Below the pieces are notes generated by a model, which saw nothing but the letters and a program-made list of their open reading frames with translations, was not told the origin of the DNA and made no database searches. Below, one piece after another: positions 37,977 to 49,894 of a stretch of DNA of 64,000 nt; position 1 is the stretch's first letter, and each line of letters opens with the position of its first letter. The position numbers and the translations under genes are program-made. This DNA comes from Podarcis vaucheri (taxonomy: Eukaryota), in the NCBI GenBank assembly GCA_965113315.1, contig OZ220364.1, one strand, 5' to 3'.

Positions 37977-39674
37977 TTCCTGAGATTAGTCCTGAGAGAT
38001 ATAGAAGAATTTATTTGAATTAAACCTTAATTCAATATAGAGTTTGATTAATGGATGAATTAAACAAGGATCTAGTCAGCCCTTTCCTTGGTGGGATAAG
38101 GAACAGAAAGGACAACGATAGGATTGGTTAATTCTTTCCTTGTGTTGCATTTTTTGTGAAGGGACAATTAATATATATATTTTTAAGTTGCCCTAGAGCA
38201 ATCTCTGTCACCATGGCAGCATGGTTCCTGAGCTGGTGTTATTTCATTCTACAATGACTTTCTGGCTTGCTTCCGGCTTTGTGTTTTCTTAACTGCAAGG
38301 CTATCTGCCCTTCTTGTTGCTCTCGACATAATTTGTCTTAACTGCTCTGACAAAAGACAGCTGCTAGAACTCCTCCTTCAAGACATCTTGAATAATATTT
38401 AACATATTTATTCCAAATCTGCCTGTATGTTTGTGTAGAAGTGCTAATACTTTTGATTTTACAGAAAAATTGCAGTGATTTTGCCAAGGTGACCCTGTAG
38501 TAAGGTGACCCTCTTCGTAGATGGATTTAGGATTGCAGCCTCCTAAATCCCACTGGATTTAGTTGGACATACTTCTGGGTAAATATGAGTAGGATTGCAC
38601 TATTAATTAAGCATGTTACCTGCTTGGTAGCTGAATTAATGGTCCCCCATAACTTGCATGTGTGGTTCGTATCTACCACATGCATTCAGTATTATGAACC
38701 TCGCTCAGGTCGGACAAACCACCCTCCTCCTTGTTGAACTTCTTTTGTTTCAGCAGGCCTTTTAAGTAACTTTTCCGATTTTGTAGTTAGTTAGTTTAAT
38801 CTTTATTGTAGCATTTTAGCCTTATGGTACACTGGTTAGAGATTAAAGCGTTAAACCTATGTATAAATGCTTGAAGTAAAATAGCTGAAAACAAAATATG
38901 CCATATCAGTTCTGATGGTGCTGTGTGACAGGCCCAGTTTGGACAATTGTATCTAGGCTTAAGCAGAAATAAGCATAAGTCTTGGGGATGCGAGCTCTGT
39001 CCCCTTCCTTCCCTCTGTTTTTCTTGGTGTACAGTGATGAGCCAGGAAGTCTTCAGTTAACTATAATTTTCCATTTTATCTGAACCAGAAAACTGTTTAC
39101 TATGCCATGACTTAAAGCCATAGTTTGATGCTGGTTTAAGAATATGGCATTTCCCAAAGCTGGTAGTTTCCCCACTTGGATGAATAGTAAATTATGCTTA
39201 ATTGAAGGCTCAGCGCAGTGCACTGAGAAGGGATGGAACTGTATGCACATGCATTTTGAAACACGAGAGGAAAACTTTGAGAGGAAAGGGAAATATATGC
39301 ATTGCTGACTTACCTATGAAGAAGCCTTGGCTCTTTTACCACCTTAAAAATAAGAAATGCATTATGTTTAACTTAGGCTGCAGTTCACACATAAAACACC
39401 ACTGTTTAAATGAATTAAAAATATATAAAATCTTAAACTGTTATTCACGATTACGAGTATACCGTACCTTGTGTTAGAAATGAAACGTTTAGCTGATTAA
39501 GTAGCTAATTGTGCTTTTTGCAAGTTGGCAAAAATGAAGCAAAAGTTTGCCATGGATGATAAATGAAAGAGGGCTTTAAAAAAAAAAAAATTATGGGAAG
39601 TTGTGCAGGGAAGGAGTGTTCATACCTTTTAAGTAGAAATCAGAGAGGGGGAATATGTCTCCCTCCTTATGTTA

Positions 39675-40051
39675 AAAGGTAAAGACCTTAAAATTCTTAT
39701 AAGAAAAGGTACCCTTGACCGTTAGGTCCAGTTGCGGATGACTCTGGGGTTGTGTGCTCATCTCGCTCTGTAGGCCGAGGGAGCCGGCGTTTGTCTGCAG
39801 ACAGCTTCCGGGTCATGTGGCCAGCATCTGCTTCTGGCGAACCAGAGCAGTGCATGGAAATGCCGTTTACCTTCCCGCCGGAGCAGTACCTATTTATCTA
39901 CTTGCACTTGATGTGCTTTCAAACTGCTAGGTGGGCAGGAGCTGGGACTGAACAATGGGAGCTCACCCCATCGCGGGGATTCAAACTGCTGACCTTCCGA
40001 TCGGCAAGCCCTAGGCTCTGTGGTTTAGACCACAGCACCACCTGCGTCTCC
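39675..40051 (-). mobile_element. Sauria SINE, reverse orientation
   Basis: Reverse complement of the other copies (aaaggtaaag tail, tacctatttatctacttgcac core); flanked by t(t/g)atgtta. Confidence 0.92.
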
Positions 40052-40052
40052 T

Positions 40053-40120
40053 GATGTTACTGGACTACAACTCCTATCAGCCCTGATCACTGGCCATGCT
40101 GGCTGGGGCTGATGGGAGTA
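40053..40120. mobile_element. URR1-like hAT MITE remnant
   Basis: tggactacaactcctatcagccc...ggggctgatgggagt internal palindrome typical of this family; ends not resolved. Confidence 0.55.
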
Positions 40121-41412
40121 AGAGGATTCCTACCGTCAAGTAGGAGTGCCTGGCACAATAGGGCAGTGGCGTGGAGCCACCCTCCTAACTACTGGCATTG
40201 CTGCTGAATGGGGCAGGGCAGCTGCTGCTGGTGTACCCACATTGCCATAACCTCACTACCCCTCGGTCTCCACTCTGTCCAGGACACAGCTCATACACTT
40301 TTAATTCCTCACATGCTGTTGCTGGTTTCCGTGGGTGCAGAGTTCCTAGTTGTGTAGAAGCAAATGTGATTGTTGAAAGCAGCAGTTCTTTAAGATGTTA
40401 CTTTAAACTGAAAAACCTCATTGCCTCCCGACGAAGATGTCCTCCGTCACAGAAAAGAATAATAATTTTCCTACGATTTTTTTCTCTTATACCTTTTACA
40501 GCTCCTGCAAAAAAATTACTAGTTTTTAAAACCATGATGCTGGATCCCGGGCTTTCCTAATCCACTTAACTCAACCCCAGCAAATTAAATTGGAAGCCAT
40601 ATGGTGGGACAAGGCTGACGTAATCCTTGGATATGCAGGGAGAACTCTGCTCTTTGTTACCTGGAGTGAGGCAGCACAAATGTTTCTGGGTCTATCAGCT
40701 TCTAAATAATAATTTAAAAAAGATGACGTAGAAGAAAAAGAGTACATCAGTCACAGCCCAAGGAGCTAATGAATATGACATTTCCCTTTTGACACAAGCT
40801 GGAACATATTATTTTCCTCATCCAGTACTAACCCCTCTTTGTCACGCTTCCAATCTCTTGGGGGCATTTTGAAACCTGGAGGTGGCTCCTATAAAAATCT
40901 CTCTACCCGTAAATGCAATCCACTCTTAATCAGACCCATTCAGGGAGTGCAGCTGCCAGACCAGGTCATTCCGCATCGTTATGATTATTAAAATTAAGAG
41001 CTTGTCACTTCTCAGAGTTCACCCTGGGGTATAGTGTTCAGAGCCGGAAATCGGGTTCCCGAGGAATAATCAACATATATAACAAGGAGCTTAGGAATAC
41101 ATCTAAAGCCCTTGGCCAGCCTCTGGGTGTAATTTGGTGCTTCTCTCGTACTTCTTGTCAGGTTTTAAGCAGGGAAGGACAATTAGGAAAAGCTGAATCT
41201 GATTACTAATTAACAATTCTATATTTGCATACTGTTGCAAATGCAGCACAGGACACATGCACCCAGATTTAGTTATTTCCCTCCATTCTAGCATATTCAA
41301 ATCCCACAATCAGTAGGCCCAGTGGGCTTAATTATACAAATAGTATTGCCTTGTGTGCCTTTACAGAGGGTAGCCCTCCATTTGAAGGGCTGTCCAGTCC
41401 AAGACGCAGTAA

Positions 41413-41772
41413 GGGACGCGGGTGGCGCTGTGGGTTAAACCACAGAGCCTAGGACTTGCCGATCAGAAGGTCGGCAGTTCGAATCCCTGCGACAGGGTGA
41501 GCTCCCGTTGCTCGGTCCCTGCTCCTGCCAACCTAGCAGTTCGAAAGCACAAAGTGCAAGTAGATAAATAGGTACCGCTCCAGCGGGAAGGTAAATGGCG
41601 TTTCTGTGCGCTGCTCTGGTTCACCAGAAGCAGCTTAGTCATGCTGGCCACATGACCCAGAAGCTGTCTGCAGACAAACGCTGGCTCCCTCGGCCAATAA
41701 AGCGAGATGAGCGCCGCAACGCCAGAGTCGGTCACGACTGGACCTAATGGCCAGGGGTCCCTTTACCTTTTA
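41413..41772 (+). mobile_element. Sauria SINE, young copy
   Basis: Highly similar to 9716-10069 with CpGs retained; TSD ccagtccaagac (41394-41405 / 41773-41784). Confidence 0.95.
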
Positions 41773-42759
41773 CCAGTCCAAGACTGGTTGAAAGATCAAG
41801 ACTCCTGCTGTTCTTTCTTTTCACAGCAGACTGTGAAACCATACAGGTCAAACCTATTCCTACTATGATATGATAGTGCATCTTTCTAAATGTGCATCTC
41901 TCTGTCATTAATCAGCATATGCAACTTTTGAGCAAATCAGTGTCATCTTCCAACTTTCCCTTAGACTTATGCATTTTTTTTTGGCGGTGTGTAACTGGCC
42001 CGCCCTCTGTACAACCTTTGCCCAAAGTGAGCTGAGGTGCAGGGTGCAATTCCAGAAACTGCTGATTTACCAGAAAGGCATTTGGATTCGAGACCTGTTA
42101 ATTCCTATCTGAAGCCTGACATCTACATGTGCGGGGAATAGGGAGGACAGCAGAGGAAGGTGTGTATTTGTGTGGGTGGGTGTCTGGCCTCCTGCTTCTG
42201 CTATAGCAACCAGTTCAGAACAATAGCTCCCCAGAAGCATTACTCATTAAAGTCCAGGGGAACCAGGAGGAAAGGCAGTGATTCAATTAGCACCTCTGTG
42301 GCAGCACTGCCCCCTTTGGCTTCCCAGCAGTGTGGGATAATTAGGACAATTTATCCTACAGCTGCGCTGCCCCAGAGAGACGGGCAGGTGCAGCTGACTC
42401 TTCCTGACACACGAAGGAGTCTATGGCAGCTTGTCCCCCAGGCAGCAGCCACCAACACTCCCAAGTCTTCTCACACGTTCACTGACAAATAGAGGATCAG
42501 ATCAGACAGACAGTGGCAGAGGCAGCTGTGAAGAGTCTGGTGGGAAGAGATGGCTTTGTGCCTCCAGGCTGAGCAGGACTCTTGTCAGGAGCTGGAGATG
42601 GATGAAATGCAGAGGGTTACTCAGTCCTTGAAAAGGACTATAAACCCATTCTCCGCTGGTAGTGCATTGTAAGCGACAAGGCTGACTCTACAAGGCACTG
42701 GACAATGTTGACCTGAATATTCAACATTGGCTTGGAAAAGCTGAGAGTGTAGAATCTTA

Positions 42760-45700
42760 TCAGAGTGAGCTCGTGGCCGTGGGATCCGGCGGGCACCTAG
42801 AGCGACCCCCAAAACGAAGAAGGGATCCCGTAAGGGGCTCCGGAAGCGCGGAGGGGAAGCGGTGCTGTGGATTCATCGCTCTTTCTGCGGGAGTGAAGCC
42901 GCGCGGCTGTTGCGGATGAGCGCCGACCTTTCTTCCTTTTACATTGGATTACAAACCAACTACTCGTGAGTAAGATTTACTCAAAATTGGATTACAAATT
43001 TACGAATTTGGCTGAAAGCGGGAGGCGAGAAAAAGGAAGTCCGTCTCCCGAGGATGCTAGTGATCAAAAGCAAAGATTTGACAAGCTGGAAGCAGTGCGG
43101 AGAGATTTTAAAGTGAGACATCATACGTTCGGAAAAGTCGGAAACTGAAGCAGGCAAGTTACCTTTATTTCCTTGCTATTTTCTGTACCTTATCTGGGGA
43201 CTTTCTCCTCCGCCGGACTTTTTTAAATTTTAAAGACTTTAAAACCCCCAGTCTCGGGCTTGCAGTGGGACAAAAGGCTACTTTGCGGATATACTTATAA
43301 ATTTGAAATGGACACTTAGAGGCATTACTGTTGGATACAATTAAACAACTGTACTTTTGCACCTTTTAAGAAGCTTATGGCAACATTGTGAGAGCTCTGC
43401 TAGAGGGAAAAGGTCTTTTCCAAGGATCAGCGTTAATTTATTTAACTTAAGGAACTTTAATGGCGTCTGAAACTTTGTTTCTTCTTCCCTGAATTGCAAC
43501 TTACTCCCTCTAGTGGAACTTGGGACTTACAATTTCCTGAGAACTAACTTTGCTTTGTCTTTCTGTGGTTGGATTGTTTACGCTTGTGCCTGCCTTTCTC
43601 ATGAAACTTTTGACAGCCTGACCTTGAATCCAAAGACAGGTGTGGAATGAGCGATAAAGTAAAAACAAGAGCTGCGTCGAAGGCAGGGAAAGGCAAACTG
43701 ACACAAACAACCCTGTTTTCTCAGGGACGCAGATCTTCAGTCCCTGCCGTTTTACAGACTGCACCCTCGCCAACAACACCAGCTGAAGAAGCTGAACAAC
43801 CAATAGGTGAGGATATGGCATCTGGAGGATCTAACACTCTTTTAGAGGAAATGTTACAACAATTCGCAATTTTGAACAAAAAAGTGGATGATCAAACTGC
43901 AAAAATTGACTTAGCCACATCTTCAATTACCAAACTTTCAGAACAGGTGGCTAAGCATTCACAGGATATTGGAAACTTAAACGACGTAACATCTGAAAAT
44001 CGAAAATTGGCGGAGGCTGCGATTGGGAAAGCAGAGGCCGCAGCCAAAGGAGTGGAGGAATTGAAAGGAGAGGTAAGACCGCTCCACAAACATATCACAG
44101 ACCAGCAGGCCTACCTGTCTTTGGTGGAACTGCGAAACAGGGAAAATAACCTGAGATTACGCTCTATCCCAGAGATTGAGAAAGAGGATTTGACCGGCTT
44201 TCTAACGGCAGAATTTTCCAAATTCTGGGGTATAAATCAAGACACAGATTTCAAAATAACGACTGCATTTAGATTGGGAAGAGTCGCTGGGAAGGACAGG
44301 CCTAGAGACTGTTTGATTATTTTAAGGACTAAACAGGAGAGAGACAAGCTACTTGATTTACACTTCAATAAAGCACTTGTGATCCAGGATAGAAGAGCAC
44401 AAATTTACAAAGATATTCCCAAACAATTACCGGATCTAAGAGCCAACTACACTGACCTAACTGGACTTCTGAGAGGTAACGGAATACCTTACAGGTGGGA
44501 GTTTCCACAAGGCGTCTTATTTAAATACAAAGGAAAGAAGATAAAAATCAAAACGAAAGAGGATTGCCAGAAGTTCCTACACGATCACGGAGAAGACCTA
44601 CAGAAAGGAGCAGCTATTTGGCCACCACCAGAGTCAGGGAAAGAGTTACCACCTTCGGACTCGGACAAAAAAGAAGACACCCCACAAGACTAACAACAGA
44701 TTGATACAAGATGTCTCTGCAGCTGTATAGTTGGAACATTAATGGCGCGAATTCCCCAGAAAAACGCAAACGGATCTTCCATATCCTAAAGAAAGAGAAC
44801 TTGGACATAATTTGTTTGCAAGAAACCCATGTGACAAGGGCTCACAGGAAGGTGTTAACAAATAAAAGATTAGGCCAAGAATTTATCTCATCAGATAGAG
44901 TCAAGAAGAGAGGCGTGGTGATTTACGCCAAAGAGACTCTTTCACCGAAATTTTTGTTTAAAGATGAACAAGGAAGAATCCTGGCTATTGAGATTTCGAC
45001 CCAAGGAGAGAAAATTTTGATATTAGGAATTTATGCACCAAACGAGGGGAAATCAGAATTTTATAAGAAGCTGCATGAGACATTATTGGACTATCTGGAC
45101 TATTCGAACATCATTATGATGGGAGACATGAATGGGGTTGTCTCTACCTTTATGGATAAGTCACAGAACCAGAATTTGACTAAAGATGGAAGACTACCAA
45201 AAACTTTCTTTGAACTAACTGACAATATGGATTTAATTGACTCATGGAGGACGAGAAACCCCCTCGGTAAAGAAGGAACTTTCTTTTCTGAGGCCCACCT
45301 GTCATGGACAAGGATCGACCAAATTTGGACAACTAGAGGGCTGGCACCTAAGACCACAAAAATAGAAATCTGCCCAAAGACTTGCTCCGACCATAACGCT
45401 TTGAAAATGGAAATGAGATTTACTACTGCCGACTCCTTCAGATGGAAAATGAATGACAACCTGCTAAGAGATCAAGAGATTGTAAAGAAGGCCCAAAAAG
45501 CTTTAAAGGATTATTTTGAAATCAACTTGAACACCTCGGTGGAAAAAAGAATAATCTGGGACGCGAGCAAAGCTGTTATGAGAGGGTTTCTGATACAACA
45601 GAATACGATTAAGAAAAAACTCTGGAATGGTAAAAAGGACAAGATATTGGAGAAGATAAGGGACGGCGAGAAAAAATTAAGATTAAACCCAAAATCCAAA

Positions 45701-45964
45701 GAGACCTTAAGAGAAATTAAATTCCACCAGTCACAATATGCGCAATTGATCAACCAAGAAGTGGAATGGAGAATTAAACAAATGAAACAAAGATCATTTG
45801 AATCGGCGAATAAATGTGGGAAACTGCTAGCTTGGCAGTTGAAAAAGAGACAAAAATTAAACTATGTTACCAATCTAGAAGTTGAAGGAAAGAACATCCA
45901 GAAACCGGGAGAAATTAGAAAGTGTTTCCAGAAATATTTTAAAAAATTGTATACACAAGGACCC
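42760..45964 (+). mobile_element. L1-clade LINE, 5' half only (5'UTR, ORF1, endonuclease part of ORF2)
   Basis: CpG-rich 5'UTR, two tandem ORFs 17 nt apart, A-rich sense strand. The 5' boundary is approximate and no TSD was found. Confidence 0.92.
43647..44693 (+). CDS. L1-type ORF1p (coiled coil, RRM, CTD), 348 aa, uninterrupted
   Basis: Heptad coiled coil, ELRNRENNLRLRSIPE motif, AFRLG..PR and IYKDIP...GIPYRWEFP, all typical of L1/Tx1 ORF1. Confidence 0.9.
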   Translation: MSDKVKTRAASKAGKGKLTQTTLFSQGRRSSVPAVLQTAPSPTTPAEEAEQPIGEDMASGGSNTLLEEMLQQFAILNKKVDDQTAKIDLATSSITKLSEQVAKHSQDIGNLNDVTSENRKLAEAAIGKAEAAAKGVEELKGEVRPLHKHITDQQAYLSLVELRNRENNLRLRSIPEIEKEDLTGFLTAEFSKFWGINQDTDFKITTAFRLGRVAGKDRPRDCLIILRTKQERDKLLDLHFNKALVIQDRRAQIYKDIPKQLPDLRANYTDLTGLLRGNGIPYRWEFPQGVLFKYKGKKIKIKTKEDCQKFLHDHGEDLQKGAAIWPPPESGKELPPSDSDKKEDTPQD

Positions 45965-45967
45965 TAG
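44711..45967 (+). CDS. L1-type ORF2, truncated: APE endonuclease plus following region, no RT (418 aa)
   Basis: SWNING, LQETH, IYAPN, GDMN, RIDQ, SDHN motifs all present, then WDASKAVMRG. The stop TAG coincides with the first bases of a SINE. Confidence 0.92.
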   Translation: MSLQLYSWNINGANSPEKRKRIFHILKKENLDIICLQETHVTRAHRKVLTNKRLGQEFISSDRVKKRGVVIYAKETLSPKFLFKDEQGRILAIEISTQGEKILILGIYAPNEGKSEFYKKLHETLLDYLDYSNIIMMGDMNGVVSTFMDKSQNQNLTKDGRLPKTFFELTDNMDLIDSWRTRNPLGKEGTFFSEAHLSWTRIDQIWTTRGLAPKTTKIEICPKTCSDHNALKMEMRFTTADSFRWKMNDNLLRDQEIVKKAQKALKDYFEINLNTSVEKRIIWDASKAVMRGFLIQQNTIKKKLWNGKKDKILEKIRDGEKKLRLNPKSKETLREIKFHQSQYAQLINQEVEWRIKQMKQRSFESANKCGKLLAWQLKKRQKLNYVTNLEVEGKNIQKPGEIRKCFQKYFKKLYTQGP

Positions 45968-46224
45968 TGGTTAAGAGCAGTAGACTCGTAATCTGGTGAA
46001 CCGGGTTCGCGTCTCCGCTCCTCCACATGCAGCTGCTGGGTGACCTTGGGCCAGTCACACTTCTCTGAAGTCTCTCAGCCCCACTCACCTCACAGAGTGT
46101 TTGTTGTGGGGGAGGAAGGGAAAGGAGAATGTTAGCTGCTTTGAGACTCCTTTGGGTAGTGATAAAGTGGAATATCAAATCCAAACTCCTCCTTCTCCTC
46201 CTCCTCTTCTTCTTCTTCTTCTTC
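45965..46224 (+). mobile_element. tRNA-derived SINE (Squam3-like), missing the first bases of its head
   Basis: Starts inside box A (TAGTGGTTAAG); box B GGTTCG at 46004; CORE-like tgaccttgggccagtcac; (CCT/CTT)n tail. Subfamily name from memory. Confidence 0.82.
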
Positions 46225-46929
46225 GGCAGCCATGCCTTCAACAGCCACCTCTTCATATGCAGCAGTGTCAACTCTGTGCATCAGGCCCTTCTCCAAAGTA
46301 CCTTAATTTTAGAGGGGAAACAGCATCCGCTGCAAGATGCAAGGGCTATATTTCACTTGCCCAAAGGCACAGGAACGCCCTTGTTGATCAGCCTCATAGC
46401 CTTCTGTAGAGTCTTTGCAACCAATCTAACTTTGGCAAGCATATGTCTGCTGCTTCTGCCGCCATTGTCATTGATAATGACGGTAATGATAACAATGATA
46501 AATATAACCATTATTATGGGGTTTTATATTCTGCTCTTCAAGCAGAGGCTCTTGGAGAAACCAACAAATCATAAAATAAAACACTAAAAAGATAATTAGC
46601 ACCTCAGCAGTGGCAAGGGCCCCCTCCTGTGCCACACTAGGGTGAGATAATCAGGACAATTTGCCCGACAGCTGAGCTGCTGAAAACGATAATTAAGAAT
46701 CATAAATAAATAAAAGCAGCAGTGCAATAAAGTATCTCCTCCTTAGGAGGTGGGGGGAGTCCACATAGGAGGGGGACGGTATCCAGTTCTGCAGTGATGC
46801 TCAAAAACGTTAGAGTCCCCCATATGTCTAATCTGGGTCAGTGAAAAGTGGACGCCACTCCGCTTCTTGGAAGCTTGACTTTTGCATGAAAAATAGCTGT
46901 ATCTGCACTACCTTCATGGAACTTATGAG

Positions 46930-47548
46930 GAGCCCTGCTGGATCAGATTGAAAGCCCATCTAGATCAGGGTCTTCTTCTCATTTCAGCCCACCAGATGCC
47001 TGTGGGAAGCCCAAAATCACAGCCTGAGCACAACAGCCCTTCCCCTCCTAGTGATCCTCAGCAGTTGATATTCAGAAGCGTACTGTCTCAGGCAGCTGAG
47101 GTAGAACATAGCAAGGGTCCATTGGGTGGCCATCACTATCTCTTGTGGGAGCAGATTCCATGGTTGTAACAATGCAATGTATGAAGAAGTGCTTGTTTTT
47201 GTCTGTACTGAATCTCCCAAAGTTCAGCTTCGTTAAATCACCCTGGCGTCTAGTACAGTGGTACCTCGGGTTAAGAACTTAATTTATTCTGGAGGTCCGT
47301 TCTTAACCTGAAACTGTTCTTAACCTGAGGCACCACTTTAGCTAATGGGACCTCCCACTGCCGCCACGCCACCACCGCACAATTTCTGTTCTCATCCTGA
47401 AGCAAAGTTCTTAACCCGAGGTACTATTTCTGGGTTAGTGGAGTCTGTAACCAGAAGCGTCTGTAACCCGAGGTACCACTATATATTGAGAGGGGGAGAA
47501 AAACGTGTTTCTAACCATTTACTTCACATCACACATAGTTTTGTACAC
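46930..47548 (-). mobile_element. Old CR1 3' fragment, same family as 21685-22420, interrupted by a MITE
   Basis: gagccctgctggatcag...cccatctag...ccagatgcc signature; similarity resumes after the MITE. Confidence 0.65.
47256..47481. mobile_element. Same MITE family as 33861-34086, opposite orientation, inserted in an old CR1
   Basis: Same TIRs with TA flanks; internal sequence is the reverse complement of the 33861 copy. Confidence 0.92.
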
Positions 47549-48092
47549 TGTCCTGCTTGGACCAGGTTAGATAATGGTCTGTGAGTTAGACAGGGCAGGT
47601 TTCTCAGTACCATCTGCTGAAGGCTTAGGGCCATACACAATAACAAGGTTGGACCCAAGTCAAAAAATAAACCAGGGTGGTGTCCAAAAACAGGAATCAA
47701 CAACTGAGGAAATCTTGTACATAGCAGGGCAAAGACATCAGGCTCAGACATAGGCAGTTGAATGACATATATCATTCAAGCAACAGATTCCAATGAAGGT
47801 TGATACAACCCAGACCATACCCAGCCTAAGATGCAGTTGTTTGCACTAAGAGCCCACTCACTTTAGAAGGACCATTACTCTCAGGGAGCTCTTCGGTTAT
47901 GCAGTAAAATTGGGTTCTCAGGCATGCACTCCACTGTTGACCAGCTGCCTCGGATTGGGCCTTCTGTTGAGTGCTGGTGGGTATGTGACCTCCCCCTCTG
48001 ACTTGGCTGGAGGCTCCTCTTCCAGAGGAGGGTCAGAAACTCATCTTGAGGGTCGTTAAGTTATCCAGACTATAACTTCCTGGACACTGACA
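47549..48092. mobile_element. Possible solo LTR (Gypsy-like)
   Basis: ~540-bp block with TGTC...GACA ends interrupting CR1-like sequence; no convincing TSD. Confidence 0.3.
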
Positions 48093-48145
48093 GTCTGACT
48101 TCGTATTTTCTCCTTTGTCTCCAAACCACAAGGAATTAGCAAAAC

Positions 48146-48564
48146 AAAGGCCTGGAAACGATGCCTTATGAGGAACGGCTAAGGGAGCTGGGCATGTTTA
48201 GCCTGGAGAAGAGGAGGTTAAGGGGTGATATGATAGCCATGTTCAAATATATAAAAGGATGTCACATGGAGGAGGGAGAAAGGTTGTTTTCTGCTGCTCC
48301 GGAGAAGCGGACACGGAGCAATGGATCCAAACTACAAGAAAGAAGATTCCACCTAAACATTAGGAAGAACTTCCTGACAGTAAGAGCTGTTCGACAGTGG
48401 AATTTGCTGCCAAGGAGTGTGGTGGAGTCTCCTCCTTTGGAGGTCTTTAAGCAGAGGCTTGACAACCATGTCAGGAGTGCTCTGATGGTGTTTCCTGCTT
48501 GGCAGGGGGTTGGACTCGATGGCCCTTGTGGTCTCTTCCAACTCTATGATTCTATGATTCTATG
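48146..48564 (+). mobile_element. CR1 LINE 3' fragment, young
   Basis: ORF2 C-terminus YEERLRELGMFSLEKRRLRGDMIAMFKY...WNLLP..VV; 3'UTR and (ATTCTATG)n tail. Confidence 0.95.
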
Positions 48565-48782
48565 GCTTTTATGATCCAAAACTACAGAAGGAACCTGTGC
48601 AGTTAAAATGCATTATTTATGGCACCTGAACTGCTGTACTTGCTTCTGTTGTTTTATTAATGCATTAATCTGAGGTGTTTGAAAGCTCCTTTTTTGTAGA
48701 TTTAGGTGTAGTTGTTGTTGTTTTTTCCATTAGCTGCCTTGAGATTTGGGAAGATGGGTTAAAAATATTTTTAAGAGATTGA

Positions 48783-49064
<282 letters not shown>

Positions 49065-49354
49065 TAGACAGCTGCTTGTTTGGTATTTTCACTGCCACAG
49101 CGCAAGCCAGGATGAGCTGCAGCCTCAGAGATGTGCTATTAGGGGGAGGGATGAAAAACACATATGGAAGAGGGTAGAAAAGAGGTGGATTAAGGCCCAC
49201 AGCTCAAAAAGACATTGCTTTGCATTCCTGGGAAGCCCTCCCACCCCTAACCCATATGTTTACATTCTGGGCAGCAGCTTTAGTCAGGGTCACTTTGAGC
49301 TTTGTTGAGTCCCTGGATTAGTTTCCAACAAAGTCCCTGAAATGGGGTTAACGG

Positions 49355-49446
49355 TGCAGACCTAACCCTGCCTGCTCAGAAGTAAGTCCTATTGAACTGA
49401 ATTTAGTGTGGCTTACTCCCAGGTAAGGGGGGTTAGGATTGCAGCC
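49355..49446. repeat. Short palindromic interspersed repeat (GCAATCCTA...TAGGATTGC family), clearest of several copies
   Basis: tgcagacctaaccc...agtaagtcc...ggcttact...ggttaggattgca. Related degenerate copies near 16020, 17800, 38530, 60215 and 63007. Confidence 0.6.
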
Positions 49447-49612
49447 TAAATGGCTTTGTCCCCTTTTGACAAAATGCATCTGTTTTCCATGGACTTTTTC
49501 TGTTTTCATTTTTCAAAATATTAAGATAGGCTTAGCAGTAGCTTACCTTGTTGTTGTTTTTTAATAGTAAATTCGGGCCCACCCATGTTGCCCAATAGGG
49601 TCAGCCTTTTAG

Positions 49613-49894
<282 letters not shown>

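Noticed and set aside
42301-42322. CTCF-like motif (reverse strand GCCAAAGGGGGCAGTG)
   Set aside because: The 5' half departs from the consensus and the second copy of the module does not keep it.
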